Shown piece after piece: positions 13,553 through 28,748 of a DNA stretch of 64,000 bases. Within the stretch, counting starts at the first letter, position 1. Each line of letters opens with the position of its first letter. The stretch covers positions 22,754,001 through 22,818,000 of the forward strand of contig OX597816.1 of NCBI GenBank assembly GCA_951406725.2, written 5' to 3'. Source of the stretch: Octopus vulgaris. Taxonomy: Eukaryota. The translations under genes and the position numbers were made by a program. Under the pieces are notes generated by a model. It saw only the letters and a program-made list of their open reading frames with translations, made no database searches and had not been told where the DNA came from.

Positions 13553-13830
13553 ATTTGTCCCACTGCGTGGCACATTCGGGAAGTGTCTTCTACCATAGCT
13601 CGTCGCGTATATGTGTGTGTGCATACGCGTGTGTGCGGGGGTATCTGTGTTTTTTATCCGCTATCGCTTGGCAACTGATGTGGGTGTGTTTACGTTTCCG
13701 GCAAAAGACACAGATAGAATAAGTACTAGGCTTACAAAGAATAAGACATGGAGTCAATTTGTTAGATTAAAGGCGGTGCTCCAGTATAGCTGCAGTCAAA
13801 TGACCGAAACATGTAACAGAATAAAAGAAT
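13553..13830 (+). mobile_element. SINE family A, degraded and partial
   Basis: gtcccactgcgtggcac…gatagaataagtactaggcttacaaagaataag…aaaagaat. Confidence 0.75.
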
Positions 13831-14363
13831 ATGTTATAATTTTCGTTAGATTACGTATGGGACCCAATACCTATGTTCGAAACTAATATGGGGCGGAATC
13901 TGGTCGTCTAAACTATCAGCGCCAGACAGACAGAATACTTCGCATCATTTAGTTACGTTTTACGTATAAAATCAGATTTCGATTTTGCTGCTCATCACTC
14001 TGTTTTCGATGACATTAATATCAGAATCATATTGAGTAGCGATTCTATCGCTATAATTCCACCCCTTTTTAAATATGGAACAGGAAACTATTTGCATTCC
14101 TTTCATTTTTTTTTCCAGTTGAACGTTATCATTATCTGACTATATTCTGATATTAGTCATATCAAATGGTGATATCTAATGAAGTTAACCGATTAATTTA
14201 TGAAATAGATATGTATTATGCATGATATGAAGATTATTGGTTTTGATTCTATGATGCAATTATGTTTATATATACACATACGTGCATGCATACATAAATA
14301 CACACACACATTTATATTTATATATATAGACACAAACACACACACACACACACATATATATAA

Positions 14364-14406
<43 letters not shown>

Positions 14407-14584
14407 ATGAAAGAGATTTCTATGAATGCATATGCAAACAAATATATGTGTGTATACATATATATATGTGCAATGTATGTACGTATGTATATATGCATAT
14501 TTATGAATGCATGTACGTTTACCGTGCATAAACTCAAATAGAAGCATTGTTTGAAAGTATGTACATAAATATAGATGTGTACTC

Positions 14585-14619
<35 letters not shown>

Positions 14620-14763
14620 TATACGCATATATATATATATACATATATATATATATCTAATTCATATTTTATATATACATATATATATGCACATATGTAT
14701 GAATATGTATAAGTGTACGTCTGTATGCATGTGAGTATGTGTATCTATCGATATATATATATG

Positions 14764-14831
<68 letters not shown>

Positions 14832-14852
14832 TATATATAGATAGATAGATAC

Positions 14853-14896
<44 letters not shown>

Positions 14897-16117
14897 GCAT
14901 ATAGATATATATACGTATAGATATATATGTGTGTGTTTTTGTGTGTGTGTATGTAGGCAGGTAGGTAGGTAGGCATTATGAATGTAACTATAATCTTCAT
15001 CCATAATTTATTGCCTCTTCATTAAGAAAACATTTCCATTCTATCATTGATTTATCTCTCTTCTATAACTTATATTTTTGCCAGTCCAGTTGTCAGACAA
15101 AGATTTTACGCTTTTTTTCTATATTTTTTCACAATTTCTTTCTTTTTTTTTGTCGATGTACAGGACACACTCCAAATATGCTCGACATTCATTTTAATAT
15201 ACCTCAGATGTTCTTTAGTGTTGAGTAAATCTAGTGATTTGTCTACCAATGATTTAGTTTATTTATAAGTATTGATTCTGTGACGTTAGTCTATATCCTT
15301 TGCGCATTGTCTCATTCGTACCTCTTCAGTTCCAGGCTGTTTCTTTCGCTTACTATGTTCCTTACGATATTTTAAATTTCTTTTGCTTCTCTAAATCTCC
15401 TGTTTTCGAACTTATCTCAGACCAAGTTGTCAGGATTTTTCTTTTCAGCAAAGCCGACCTACTACATAACAATCATACTACATATATAGAATGAAAGAAT
15501 AGATAGAGGAAATAATATTTTTAACGGCAGAATAGAAAAGAAATACTGAAGAATTGTGATAAAATACAGGATAAAAAAAACGCAATGAAAGCTAAGTGTG
15601 CGGGAAATTTAGAATGATGGAAAGTAGACCTATCTTCAAACAATAAAATATATAGGATGCAAAAACGAAACAAAGCAAGTGGTATATTATAGTTTAGAAA
15701 ATATAATAGAGAATACTGTTTGAAACGTTAGTGAGTGAAAGAGAGGAAATATTAAATGTGTGATGAAAGACAGAAGGGATTGTTTCATATATTTTGTGTT
15801 TTATATTTTAGATAAAAAGCAACTAGGAAGGAAAATAAAATTGCGGAAATTAAATAGCAAAATTTGGAAAAGAGAGAAAAAAACTGGCTTACATAAATAT
15901 GATAACTTATGTTGCCATAGCATCCAAACAGATTGCTGAACATCAAAAGAAATTTCTCTCAGTCTGACATCTCCGTGAATTCATAGCTACAAACTTCTAA
16001 TATTCCTACTCAGGAACTTAGTGGAGAGAAGGGATCTGGCATTAAATGAAGGTGAAACCAGTACCCGTTCATGAGGTTTGGGATGAAAAAAATGTTTGGG
16101 TGTAAAACAAAATACTA

Positions 16118-16166
<49 letters not shown>

Positions 16167-16179
16167 CATACATAGTGAG

Positions 16180-16461
<282 letters not shown>

Positions 16462-16737
16462 TGTGTGTATGTGTGTTTGTGTACATACATACATGTATGC
16501 ATGCATTGGCCCAACGATACAACATGCGTCATGTTTACAGAAAACATTCGTTGTTATGTTGAGGCTTCATTGTTGCACTTCTTTTTTTAGCTCAAATGCG
16601 CGATCATAGGCATTCCTGTTGTGGCTATCTTATCGTTTCAGACAGAGCACGTAACAAATTGGTTTAACGGATATTATACTTTGCGGTATCATGTTTCATA
16701 TAGTGATCACAATTCATATCCTGCTGGCGTCAATATT

Positions 16738-16968
16738 TCTTTTTTCCCTACGAAACAGATATTTTTTCTTCTACTGTAGGCACATCCTGAAGGTAGCTAG
16801 TCGAGCACATCGACTCCCTTTCTCAAAGCGTTCTCATTTTATCAACCCCGAAAAGATAAAAGGCAAAGTTGACATCGGCAGTGGAATTTGAACACAAATT
16901 GTAATAAGTCAAAAGAAATGCTGCTAAGCATTTTGTCCGACGCGCTAATGATTCTGCCACTACGCCAT
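16738..16968 (-). mobile_element. SINE family B, diverged
   Basis: accccgaaaagataaaaggcaaagttgac…ggaatttgaac, the reverse of the family B core and B box. Confidence 0.7.
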
Positions 16969-17739
16969 CTTCACGAAGTTGTTAAATTACCAGCCAAAGC
17001 AGGTGGACAGGTGGAAATGTCAGAAAATTACATTGTTCCGCATCAGAGCGCTCTGAGTTCAAATCTGGCAATAGCCTTCTTTGGCGAAAGATTTAATCAC
17101 TTATGGTATTTGCCAGAATAATATTTATTGATCTTTGAATTCCCATTATTGCTTTGTATGTTTGACACTTTACAATGCCACAGCAAGATAACGTAGACTT
17201 TATGTCAGGTTACTAAGAAAACTATTGTTAGTTTGCTTTCTGTCACAAATCTATAATTTGAACATTGTATACATGGCAACAGTTCACTTCACAACCCATA
17301 GGTCCCAAGTTCAATCCACCTACACAACATGTTGCATGCATGACTGCTATTGTCGTCTATGTTTAATAAATAAATCATGATTGATATTTGGTAGCAAGGA
17401 TCTTCTCCGAGACATGGCTATATGTGAGTTTATGACTGTATTTTTGATTACGGTGTATTTGCGGCCGTTTCTGCGTCATTGTTTAATCATATCTAGGCAT
17501 CGGGTATTAGTTTTCATAACAAAACTTTGTGGCATATATTTAAGCGATTTCGATATTTCAAAAATCTTTCTAGTTATACTTCTTCATCATATTCAGTTAG
17601 ATAAACTTAACAACTAACTGTGATTATATATTATATATTTGGTGTCAAAGATAACGTCTGTAGCACAACGAAAGTGATTTTTCAAAATATCATACACACA
17701 CGCACACACAAATATACATAGACATACACACACACGCTC

Positions 17740-18120
17740 GCATACACACATACAAATATCAAGCAATGTGGAATTACACAATCTAGTGGTTTACCAAAAT
17801 CTGGGTGCATCACTCATTTAAAATCACATAAAAAGCCAACTGTATGCATCTCTATCCCTGCAATGCTAGATGAGACAATATGTGTGGTGTGCAAAAGGAT
17901 CTGAATATCAGCATCTGGTCTTAAAAGGCATATGAGGATAGAGAAGGAATACACCCTACAAGCTGACCCAAGAAATCCGATAGAGGGCACATCTTTTGCC
18001 TTGTCACGTTTGCTGAAGAACGTGAAAATCTAATGGACGGACGTTTGGAGCTGATGATGGTTGATAGGGTTACATGGGGAGACGGAAATTAGCTGCAAAG
18101 ATGAAGCAACCACCACCATA
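17740..18120 (+). pseudogene. Decayed C2H2 zinc-finger-like coding remnant, possibly an RTE-type LINE C-terminus
   Basis: KSGCITHLKSH, CVVCKRI*ISASGLKRHMR (17881-17937) and CHVC fragments with stops. Confidence 0.4.
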
Positions 18121-18892
18121 TATAATTATAGAAAGAGTTTGAGTTAGAATGACGGAAAGTGCGTGGGTGAAATATGTAGATATAGATTTATATCTATATC
18201 TGTCTATCAGTCTCTATGCTTGTCTGTAGGTCTGTCTAGAATGCGTGTACGTACGTGTTTCTCTTTGCACCTTCATCTATTTCAATATACATTACATATA
18301 CGTTTTTTTTTTAATAAAGCTTGGATGAAGAATTAGAAAAAGCTACCGCTAATCTTCCTTAAGGGGTTAATCTGCTGTCTTTGGAAGTGGCTCATATACT
18401 TCAATATTTGTATTAGTTTTAATGTACAAGAATGTCTTGCAATGTCTAATGTTGACCTATATTGTATATTATCTGCATTTCCTGACTAGTAACATATCCG
18501 GTTCTCGGAAACCTAATGCAAGCCTGTACATATCTGTGTGAATATAAGTATGTATATTATATATGTGTGTATGTATGTATTAATGTATTTGTATATATCT
18601 AAATCGAAGGTGTTGTAGCTATTAAATTCTTATATAGAATGTTTTGTGTCTTTCATGGCAATCAATTCTGATATTGGAATGTAAATATTTATTATAATCT
18701 TTTAAGAAAACGGAAGTGTCTCTCCTTATCTCTTTTATATTTAATATCATGAGAAAAGGCTCCATGGGACATGTTTGAACTTCAATCAGAAAATGTAGTA
18801 GTAAATATATCGTGAGCATTTACACAGAGATGTAAAGAGTCAAACAGACAACACCCCAACAATATACACAAATTTGTGTATGCATGAATTTA

Positions 18893-18955
<63 letters not shown>

Positions 18956-19036
18956 TGAAACGCGTACACATATTCACTAATGTACATATATATATTGTAT
19001 ATGATTGCGGAATTCGTATATTTATGTAGCTATGTA

Positions 19037-20308
19037 TTAGGTTGTTCCGAAAATAATGGCTGCTCTAAGTGTTGTGTTTTGAAACGCAATTTTGTCCTAG
19101 TACTTCAATTACCTTTTAGGTGAATTTCGACATACTTAACAATTGATGTATGCTCTTTAATACTTTTCTACTTAATTCAGACAGAAAACATTCTTGAAGT
19201 ATAGGCACCCCAAATTCTGAACATGACAAAAAAGGACCATCGCTTACTTTTCTTGCATGAGTCAAGCTTGGACAAAATGCCTCACAAGCTGCTGCCAATA
19301 TCAACAGAGCATGGGAACAGGGTTCCAAAAGTGATCACACAGTACGAAGGTGGTTTCAGGAATTCCGTAGTGGTGGCGAGAGCATTGAAGATGAAAAAGG
19401 TAGAGGACGGTCATACAGTTTTGACAATGAACAACTGAAAGCAACTGTGGAACAAAACCCACGCAAAGCGTCAGAAAAATTTCTCAAGTACTTCGTGTCG
19501 GAATTGCAACAGTCTGACGCAATCTACAGACGTTTAGTAAGCTGAAAAATCTCAATAAGTCGGTACTGCATGAGCTCAATGAAAATCATAAAGTCTCTGC
19601 GTTGTGCTCGATGCCCTTTCTGCGAAACACCAATGAACCGTTTCTTGACCAAATAGTCACTTGTGACGGTAAGTGGATCCTTTATGATAACCGTAAACAA
19701 TCAGGTCAATAGCTTGATCGTGGTGAGTCCCCCAAAAATTTCCCAAAACGAAAGTTGCATCAGCATAAGATTATAGTGACTGTCTGCTGGTCTGCAATTT
19801 GTGTTGACCATTACAGCTTTCTGGAAGCCAATCAGAGCATTACAGCTAAGGTTTACTGCAATCAACTCGCAGAAGTGCACACTCACTTGCAAAAACTGAG
19901 ACCTGCGTTAGTGAATCAGCATAGCCCAATTCTGTTCCACGATAATGCAAAGCCACATGATGAAAGAATGACGCTGCAGAAACGCACAGACTTGAGATAC
20001 GAGACATTACCACATCCTCCATATTCTCCTGATCTTTCATCCATTGACTACCATTTTTTAAAGCATTTAAACACGTTTAAGTGATAAAACTTTCAGGTTC
20101 AAACCAGAGGTAGAATCAGCGTTCAAGATCTTTTAGCAGCAAAGCCAATAAGTTTTTATCAACCACGTATAAATAATCTCGTTGCTCGATGGCAGAGATG
20201 CATAGATGTTCACAGCTCATAATTTGACTAATCAAAACATTTCTATTGTTAATTTTTCCAGAATAAAATTATGTCTCGAAATCGGCCGTTATTTTCGGAA
20301 CAACCTAA
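19037..20308 (+). mobile_element. Full-length defective mariner transposon (resembles cecropia/Hsmar1-like group)
   Basis: TA duplications at 19035 and 20309. TIRs ttaggttgttccgaaaataa(t/c)ggc. Frameshifted transposase from 19223 with VTCDGKWILYDN, HDNA, HPPYSPDLS..DYHF motifs. Confidence 0.95.
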
Positions 20309-20488
20309 TAAATCCTTCCTGCATTTTTACATCAACAAATTTAAGCTTTAGCATACAAACAATTCCAAGTAATTTTCTTGTATTAGAGGCTATGGTACGT
20401 GTGCTAGAATACTATTATCGTCCCTAAAATATTAATAAGATACAGTTTGAATTCTTCTACGGAAATTGAGCTCGGTAAGTAAAATGAC

Positions 20489-20721
20489 AAGGCGGTGAGC
20501 TGGCAGAAGCGTTAGCACGCCGGGCCAAATACTTAGCGGTATTTTGTCTGCCGCTACGTTCTGAGTTCAAATTCCGCCGAGGTCGACTTTGCTTTTCATC
20601 CTTTCGGGGTCGATTAAATAAGTACCAGTTACGCACTGGGGTCGATGTAATCGACTTAATCCGTTTGTCTGTCCTTGTTTGTCCTCTCTGTGTTTAGCTC
20701 CTTATGGGTAGTAAAGAAATA
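20489..20721 (+). mobile_element. SINE family B with 15-bp target-site duplication
   Basis: TSD ggtaagtaaaatgac at 20474-20488 and 20722-20736. Confidence 0.92.
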
Positions 20722-22233
20722 GGTAAGTAAAATGACGTACAAAACATCTTGTACGTTGTGGTACCATCTACACATATAAACTTGAGTACTGCAACGCAAA
20801 CAGACCTTCATTTATGACCCAAAATATATTTCAAACATAACCAAAATTATCAGACTTAAAATATAAGTTTGGATGTCGATTTGTTCTGCCATAACCCTTC
20901 AAGGTGATGCCAAAGCATGGCCACAGCACATTGACTGAAACGATTAACAAGAAATGGTTTTTGTATTTGGCTTGCAAGATCCTTGATATGAACTCGTGTG
21001 TTGAAACAAATAATAAAAACACGCGTTGGTTCTATTTAATTCTTTTTTTAATTCTTAGTTCATTGAATCAATTCACAAATCTGTTGTTCGATTGATTGCT
21101 CGTTCAATCAGTCCATCGGTTTTTATAGAGCTAGGACATACTTGAGTAGAAGATTTCGGTCTCTGATGAGGTCGCGCATGAAGACGAGAACTCTGACAAC
21201 CCTGATTTCTTGAGAGACAAGACTATAAATGGAACTATTGGTTAACGAATTGACTCATAATAATAATAATAATCAAAATGAAATAGAATCAGAGCATGTG
21301 TTTATTATTGGTATTACGACTTCTAGGGATAGCAGAAAAATCACTATTGTTTATTGAAAGGGAAAGAAAACGTGCTTCGTAGTTGATATTTTTTTAGCAA
21401 CAGCCAGTACATAGAAGCAGGGCTATATTTAGATTAATTCTTGATACCGTGAATTTACTGATTTTTCTCGTGTCTTGTTTGTAACTCTCACAGCACATGC
21501 CTCACTCTATGCAAAAATATCATTAAATCTTCATTGCCTAAAAGTTTATCGCAATTTAAAATAAATAAATGATATGGTTATTTCATCCATTTTATTCAAA
21601 GTAAAATTGAATTGACGTACACAAAGCGCTTTCTCACTACATATATATTATTCATAAGTTTCCTGTTGGCAGGCAACTTGCTTACGAAAGCAGAGTGAAA
21701 TATAATGGTGTAAGAGGAATTTATTATCAACAAGGATGTATATACACGTATCTGTGCATGAAAATGTACTAATTATTTTGTAACGCACAGATGTGCCATC
21801 AGAATAAGAATTACATTAATGTTAACCTTTGTTTGAAAATGCATATGGCCTCTATGCTGTGAATAATATGGATATAATAATGAGGATTTCCTTATTGTTT
21901 GCTTGAACCCTTCTGGTAACATACCGCTGCAAGAGGTTAAATCAATTTACAACCATTTTCCGCAGCACAATCTTATAATAATGTATAACAAACTGCAAGC
22001 ATACAGACGCGCAGGCTTACATATAAAGATGTGTGAGCATGCATATATATACATATATGTGTGTGTATGTGTTTGTGTGTATATGTATGTATGTATTATG
22101 TGCACTTGTATATAGGTATGTGCGTTTCGGTATGCATTGTTCTCATCATAGATTGATTTGACAACTTGACGTCTTTTGCTGCAAGTTTCAAGAGCACAAG
22201 AAATTACGCATTACCAAATCATATATATTTATT

Positions 22234-22304
<71 letters not shown>

Positions 22305-23929
22305 TGGGCGTGGTAAATGAGTTCTGCAAAACTTTAGATTCAGATGAATATGGCACTTCAGTTGAGGCACCAGATTTGAGAACGGTATTATCCATACAAT
22401 TTCAAAGTAAGGTGATTAAAATCAAAATAAGCAACAAGGATATCGAGAGGTAATGTAAATATGATCATTTCATGCAACTCCATTTAATTCATGCAACTCC
22501 ATTTAATTGAACGATGCTTATTTTGATGTATATATGTATGTATGTATGTGTGTATGTATGTACGTACACCTGAATAATATACTTATTTATAAACTACACC
22601 TGTTGCTCATTAACCACTGTATCTCGATACCACGCACTATTTCTAAACATTTATTTATAAATATTTGAGGCCGTATAAATTAGGGTGTGTATTGCAGCAC
22701 TAAATAACATGTAGGGAATATGTCTGCTTTAACACAACTGTATTATTAACGAGTATATGGGTGAGTATTGATTTATTAACGATTATAAGGGTAAGTATTG
22801 ATTTTAAAACCAACAAATGCGCGCTTGCACACATACAATCACAAACGCACAAAATCACACACATATGCACAGATATACCTTCACTGACACACAGACGAAA
22901 ATACATACATATTGACACTCAAACATATTTCTATCAGAAGACATGGGTTTCTGCATTTGAACGTGCATTATGTGATCAAGTTTTCATCTCTATTTATGCA
23001 ACTAACAACAGAGAATGAAGGAAGCATTCATTTATGTAGATGGAATTAACATTAAACTGGTAGATAAGTATTTAAATGCATTCTCACTTGCCTGTAATTA
23101 TTAGTAATTACAAATCTTCTGAAAACCAATTAGTAAAATAACTAATGACATGTCTCGTGTATGCTATATGAGGTCAATGCGTTTAAGTATTTGAATACCA
23201 TAATTCGAGTAGTCGTTTATTTCTGTTTTAAGGTTTAACGGCAGAATAATTGGATTTATGGATGGAGAGATAGTAAGTAACTAATACACTAGCTTAAGTG
23301 TGTATCTTCGGCTGCTGAGTTGTAATTACGTCGTGATTGAGCATATTTAATTAACTCACTGTACATCGATGTATACATGTATGTATGCATGTATTATGTA
23401 TGTATGTTTATGTAGGTGTATGTTTGTGTGTGTAAAGAAATGCATTGCTGTGATTATGTAAATATTTCTACAGTGACAAGCGATTACTAGAGAGCTCAAT
23501 AAAATGAACATATTATGTATAAAGCAATAATACAGTGTTGCGTACGTACAGCTGAAAGAAAGAGACAATGAGAAAATAATGACAAGGATTGTATCTTCTT
23601 TTGGTTTTTGTCTTTTTCTTATTTAAGTCATTGGATTAAAGCCATGCACGGACACAAATTTGGGGGGGTATAGTCGAATTACTTTAATCTTAGTAAGTTA
23701 TTCTATCGAACTCCTTCACCGACCCGGAAAGTTAAGGGTATATACACAACCCAAAACAGGTTTAAAAAGTGGTGCTTGTAGTGAGGGAACAAAGAAATGA
23801 GTCTGTCAGATCTCTTGTCAACATGGGATAATATTACACATAAAGTGTCTCTGCACGTATACTCGGCCGGTGGTCGCAAATGCGGTAGCAATTCTGTAGG
23901 CTTTTACTTCACTCTAAACTTTGAAATGT

Positions 23930-24436
23930 TTGTTTTTGAATGTAATAGTTTTCTGATTGCAACCCTCCCATGAAACCTGACTTTGTGCAGCTCCCGACGA
24001 ACAGTTGTTTTAGAAACTGGGTTCTGGAGGTGGTCATTAAGCTCTACAGTAATTTTGGGAGCTTTACTTTGTTTTGGTTTTCTTCAGAGTTTCAACGAGG
24101 AGGTTTCTCCCTCTTTCCCAAAGGTTGTAATTACTTTTGAGACAGTAATTCTTGATACATCAAACATTTCAGCTGTTTTCGTTACGCTAGCGCATGCTAT
24201 ATACGAGCATCAACAATTTGACCTCTTTGAAAGTCCGATAGATCTGCCATTTTAATGAATTTTAAGTACCTTTTTCTGATGACATCTGAAAAGAAACAGC
24301 AATGTTAGCAAAAAATATAAAGTAACACTAATAATAAATAAAAAAAATAAATAAACAAGATTTTGGCGATTTTATAGATACTTCAAAATTATGATATTAT
24401 GATGCTAGGTGTTCCCATTATTTTGTCCAAACCCTG
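23930..24436 (-). mobile_element. Tc1-like transposon left-end remnant
   Basis: Minus strand TA|cagggtttggacaaaataatgggaacacc TIR-like end, followed by decayed Tc1-like sequence. Confidence 0.55.
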
Positions 24437-24441
24437 TATAT

Positions 24442-24479
<38 letters not shown>

Positions 24480-25621
24480 GTACATACAAATATATATACT
24501 TACGACACACATACTTATACATATACACACATACACATATATATACATAATACATATGTATACACAGAAATATATATATAGAGAGAGAAATAATGTGCAT
24601 ACTTAAGGAAATGATACATATATATTCGCACATGTGCTTGTGTGTGTGTATCTGCATGCGTGTATGTATCTGTATGCGTGTGTGTATATGTGTGCGTACA
24701 CGCGTATGCGTGTGTGTGTGTTCTTTTTGGAAAAACGTATCCTGCACCAAATTGGTTTTATCATTCTACAATTTGCAGCAGGAAATAAAATGGTAATGGA
24801 AGTTAAACGACAAACTTCTTGAATGTATGAAAAATTATTCAATATCAAATCCAGACATAATCAGATGCATACAAGATCCCAGTTTCCAAATATACGAAAG
24901 AAGTTTCGAAACGCATTTTTCTAAATAACATACTCTTTACGGAAAAGTATGTTATTAGGGTATCCCAAATTTATAGATTCTTCAAACGCCTTCTTCATAA
25001 CAAAAATTGCATAAATACCCGATTCACGCAAAGGTATTACTCAAAAGTTTGTATACATATAAGGCTACGTAAAAGAAATCGATTGGATACAAACGTATAG
25101 AATGGATTTAAATTTAAAGAACGTACAGTTTAGCTACTGGCGTATAAATATACGGATAAACATAAAACATGAAATTGCGTCTGTTATTCATTTCTGTTGT
25201 TTTTATTATTTATTATATTATTATCAATGTAGTGTAATATATTAAAAGATGTCTGGGTACAATGAGGTAGAGAATAAAAATTTTATTTATTATATAATAT
25301 ACATAGAATATTGTAGACGTAATTGGTTTCATCTTACTAGAATATTCTGAAGGAAATAAATCGGTAATCGAATGTAGGCGTCAAAATTATTCAATATATA
25401 AAATTCTACCATATAAAATTCAAAGATTTCCAGACACGAAGAGATCCGATTTCCGAATTACAATAAAAATTTCTGAAGTTCTACTTCATATAACGTAACT
25501 TTCTCTTTACGGAACAAAGTTAATAAAGAGAAAGTGAAACTTATATATTCTTAAACTGTTGTTATAAAGTAATAAAGCTACGTCAGCGCACGATAAATGT
25601 GGATACATATTTTTCGAAATA

Positions 25622-25790
25622 TGTGTGCGCGTGCCTCTGTGTGTGCGTGTGCCTCTGTGTGTGCGTGTGCCTCTGTGTGTGCGTGTGCCTCTGTGTTTGA
25701 TTGTGTGTGCGTGTGTGTGTGTTTCTGTGTGCCTCTGCATGTTTGTGTTTGTGTTTGTGTGTGCCTCTGCATGTTTGTGCGTGTGTGTGA
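25622..25790. repeat. 18-bp GT-rich minisatellite (gtgtgcgtgtgcctctgt)n
   Basis: About 4 clean units plus degenerate units. Confidence 0.85.
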
Positions 25791-26715
25791 GTGTAGGGGG
25801 TCGGAGTTGCTTTTTTGCGAATAAGAGAGCACCCAGAGAGCCCAAACCTCCGCCAAAGCAGCACCAACGTCCTCTTAGCGATTAGGCAGAGATGATTTTT
25901 GAAATGAGAATATCTGAAATAACTCGATTGCTCTCACAAACGAGAATTTTAAAAATGATCCCGACCGCTCTCAAAAATTAAGTAAAAACAGTGCTTTACC
26001 GTTGTGAATTCGTATCACATGACTGTCCGCAAGGAAATTTTCCTGCAAGAACTTGAATATTTTATCCCGTTCATGCTACTCTGTTAGCATTATTCTGCGT
26101 TTGAAATTTAATTAGTTCTGTATCTTTCAATACATCTCAACGCTGCTAAAAAAACAGACTATGTTTACTTTCATTGTAATTTGAATTTAATATCAGCGTC
26201 TTATGAAGCTAGATTTATAAGATCAAAAATTTCATATTAATTTGTCAAAGGGCAGTTTATCTAAATGTTTAGTAAAGCACCGCGACCGGTAATCTGAGGA
26301 ATGTTAGTTCGAGCCATATGGCTGGACGCTGGCAAGTTTTTTCTACAAATATATGGATATTTTACCCTGTTTTTCCTACTCTGCTAGCATTATTTTGCGT
26401 TTGAGAATTAATTATCTACGTATATATATATATATATATATATGTGTGTAAGAACGTAGGCGTAGGTTTATACACATAGATAGTCACACGTACATACATA
26501 CTTTCATTTATGAATATGCTTATATACAGCATTCTCTAAAATAATAGCATGTAGAGTACTCCAAGTTAGCAAAAAGCACTTTTCCAAGAAGCTGCAAGAT
26601 CAAGATCTAGCTGACTCCGCTGATTTTATTACATGTAATCTACTTTATATCATGCATGTTTTGTATTTTATTCTAATATTTATTGGCTGAAAAAAAAATG
26701 TTAATATTTTTCTTT

Positions 26716-26760
<45 letters not shown>

Positions 26761-26764
<4 letters not shown>

Positions 26765-26931
26765 TAAAAACGGTAAGATAACAAAAGAAAGAAAGAGACC
26801 TCAATATTATGTAAATAGAGGAAATTTATCTATAAAATAATATGTTACATTTACTCAGTAGTCAAGTGGATTTCCACTTCGGCATCTGAAACTCAGAGAT
26901 TTATCTTGACTATTGAGTAAATGTAACATAT

Positions 26932-26940
<9 letters not shown>
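26761..26940 (-). mobile_element. Mini fold-back copy of the 2115-3307 Penelope family (tail plus inverted pLTR piece), in (TA)n
   Basis: 26761-26865 is the reverse complement of ~3208-3307. It then switches strand to gtggatttccacttcggcatctgaaactcagag… matching 3168-3232. Confidence 0.85.
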
Positions 26941-26999
<59 letters not shown>

Positions 27000-27000
<1 letters not shown>

Positions 27001-27540
27001 CATAAATTTTTATTCCAACAAATAAATATTTAATTAATCTGTTTAAAAAAAAAATGATTTTAATGACATAGTTATCCAAAATGTTGTTTACGCAAGCAAT
27101 TTATTTTCTTATTTGTATTTCATTCTGATGCTAATTTTGAATCGCTAGCAACATATAGCAATTATTATAACACTCTGCGGTTTATTTTGACATCTATCAA
27201 CATAGATTTTATATATATTTGCATACCGTTCCACTTTATAAAGTCGAACAAATCATTGGCAATATACGCGGCGATTCCGGTGCGATAGAATGTTTGGCGA
27301 AATGCTGCTTGGCATCTATTTTTGTTTCATTGAGCTGTGATTCCAGATTCTGTTGAAACTGTGTTTCTATCTGTTACTCCAGAATCGAATCGATTGAATA
27401 ATTGCAATTTCAGTTCTGTGCTCGGTTGAGTAATTATTCTGTGTTCGGTTCAGGTGCATATTCCTATCCTCCTAAATCCAAAACCGATGCTTATACTGCC
27501 AATTAATATCAGCTGTGATCTGAATATTTGAATAATTTTA
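27000..27540 (+). repeat. Left arm of an old inverted duplication
   Basis: Reverse complement aligns to 33028-33467 plus 33779-33835, e.g. gcataccgttccactttataaag / ctttataaagtggaacggtatgc. Confidence 0.85.
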
Positions 27541-27654
27541 GATATTTAAAAATATATACATATATAGGAGTGTGTATGCATGCGACTGACACTTATTTTG
27601 GTGTATTTGTGACTGATCTCATCTCGTCCGATTTCGTTTCTCTTAGCTTTTACT

Positions 27655-28059
27655 CGTTTACTCTTTTACTTATTTCAGTCATTTGACTGCGGCCATGCTG
27701 GAGCACCGCCTTTAGTCGAAAAAATAGACACCAGGACTTATTCTATGTAAGCCTAGTACTTATTCTATCGGTTTCTTTTGCCAAACCGCTAAGTTACGGG
27801 GATGTAAACACACCACCATCGGTTGTCAAGTGATATTGGGGGGACAAACACAGATACACAAATATATACACACAAAAATATATATATACATATATACGAC
27901 GGGCTTCTTTCAGTTTCCATCTACCAAATCCACTCACAAGGCTTTGGTCAGCCCGAGGCTATAGTAGAAGATACTAGCCCAAGGTGTCACGCAGTGGGAC
28001 TGAACCCGGAACCATGTGGTTGGTAAGCAAGCCACATACCACACAGTCACTCCTGCGCC
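27655..28059 (-). mobile_element. SINE family A, full length
   Basis: Reverse complement of 31431-31869. Confidence 0.9.
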
Positions 28060-28540
28060 TACAGAAATATATTGCGTTTATTTTAACACACTACCTACTG
28101 GTATTTTCGTAGGCGAAAAATCGCAGCTACGGGCGTTTATACAACACCCACATTATATATTATATAGTATTGTTAATGTTTACATTATTTTGTGAATTTA
28201 TTCTACTTATGCAACGGCGTAGACAGTTAGCGAGTTGTTTATGTACTTTTCAGTCTAGTTACGTCTACTTCCTTTCGGAAGTGACAAGAGTTAGCGGCAC
28301 TGAAACACAGCAAAGACAGTAAAATGCGTAATGTGCCGCTATCGTAGTAAATTCTGACGGGATTGCGTTATGATTAACCCCGCAGTATATTTTGTTTGCT
28401 TGCAAAATGAATCTTTGAAAGGAATTTTCTCGGACGAAAATCCGCAGATTTTAGCGTTTAAATCACACCTTTATGTCGACTATTTAAAACTGATTGCACA
28501 CACACTCACAAACGCAAAACACAAACACATACACATACAA

Positions 28541-28576
<36 letters not shown>

Positions 28577-28701
28577 TTATATGTATGCGTTTCGGTGTGA
28601 GCACACACACACAGACAAAATATTTCTTTCCCTCTCGCTCTCGCTCTCTCTCTCTCTCTCTGTATATATATGTGAATCTATACACACACAAAGACACACA
28701 A

Positions 28702-28748
<47 letters not shown>

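Noticed and set aside
21163-21200. CTGATGA-ggtc..gac-GAGAAC hammerhead-like string
   Set aside because: GAAA box is broken and no convincing stems I and III; could be chance or too decayed.
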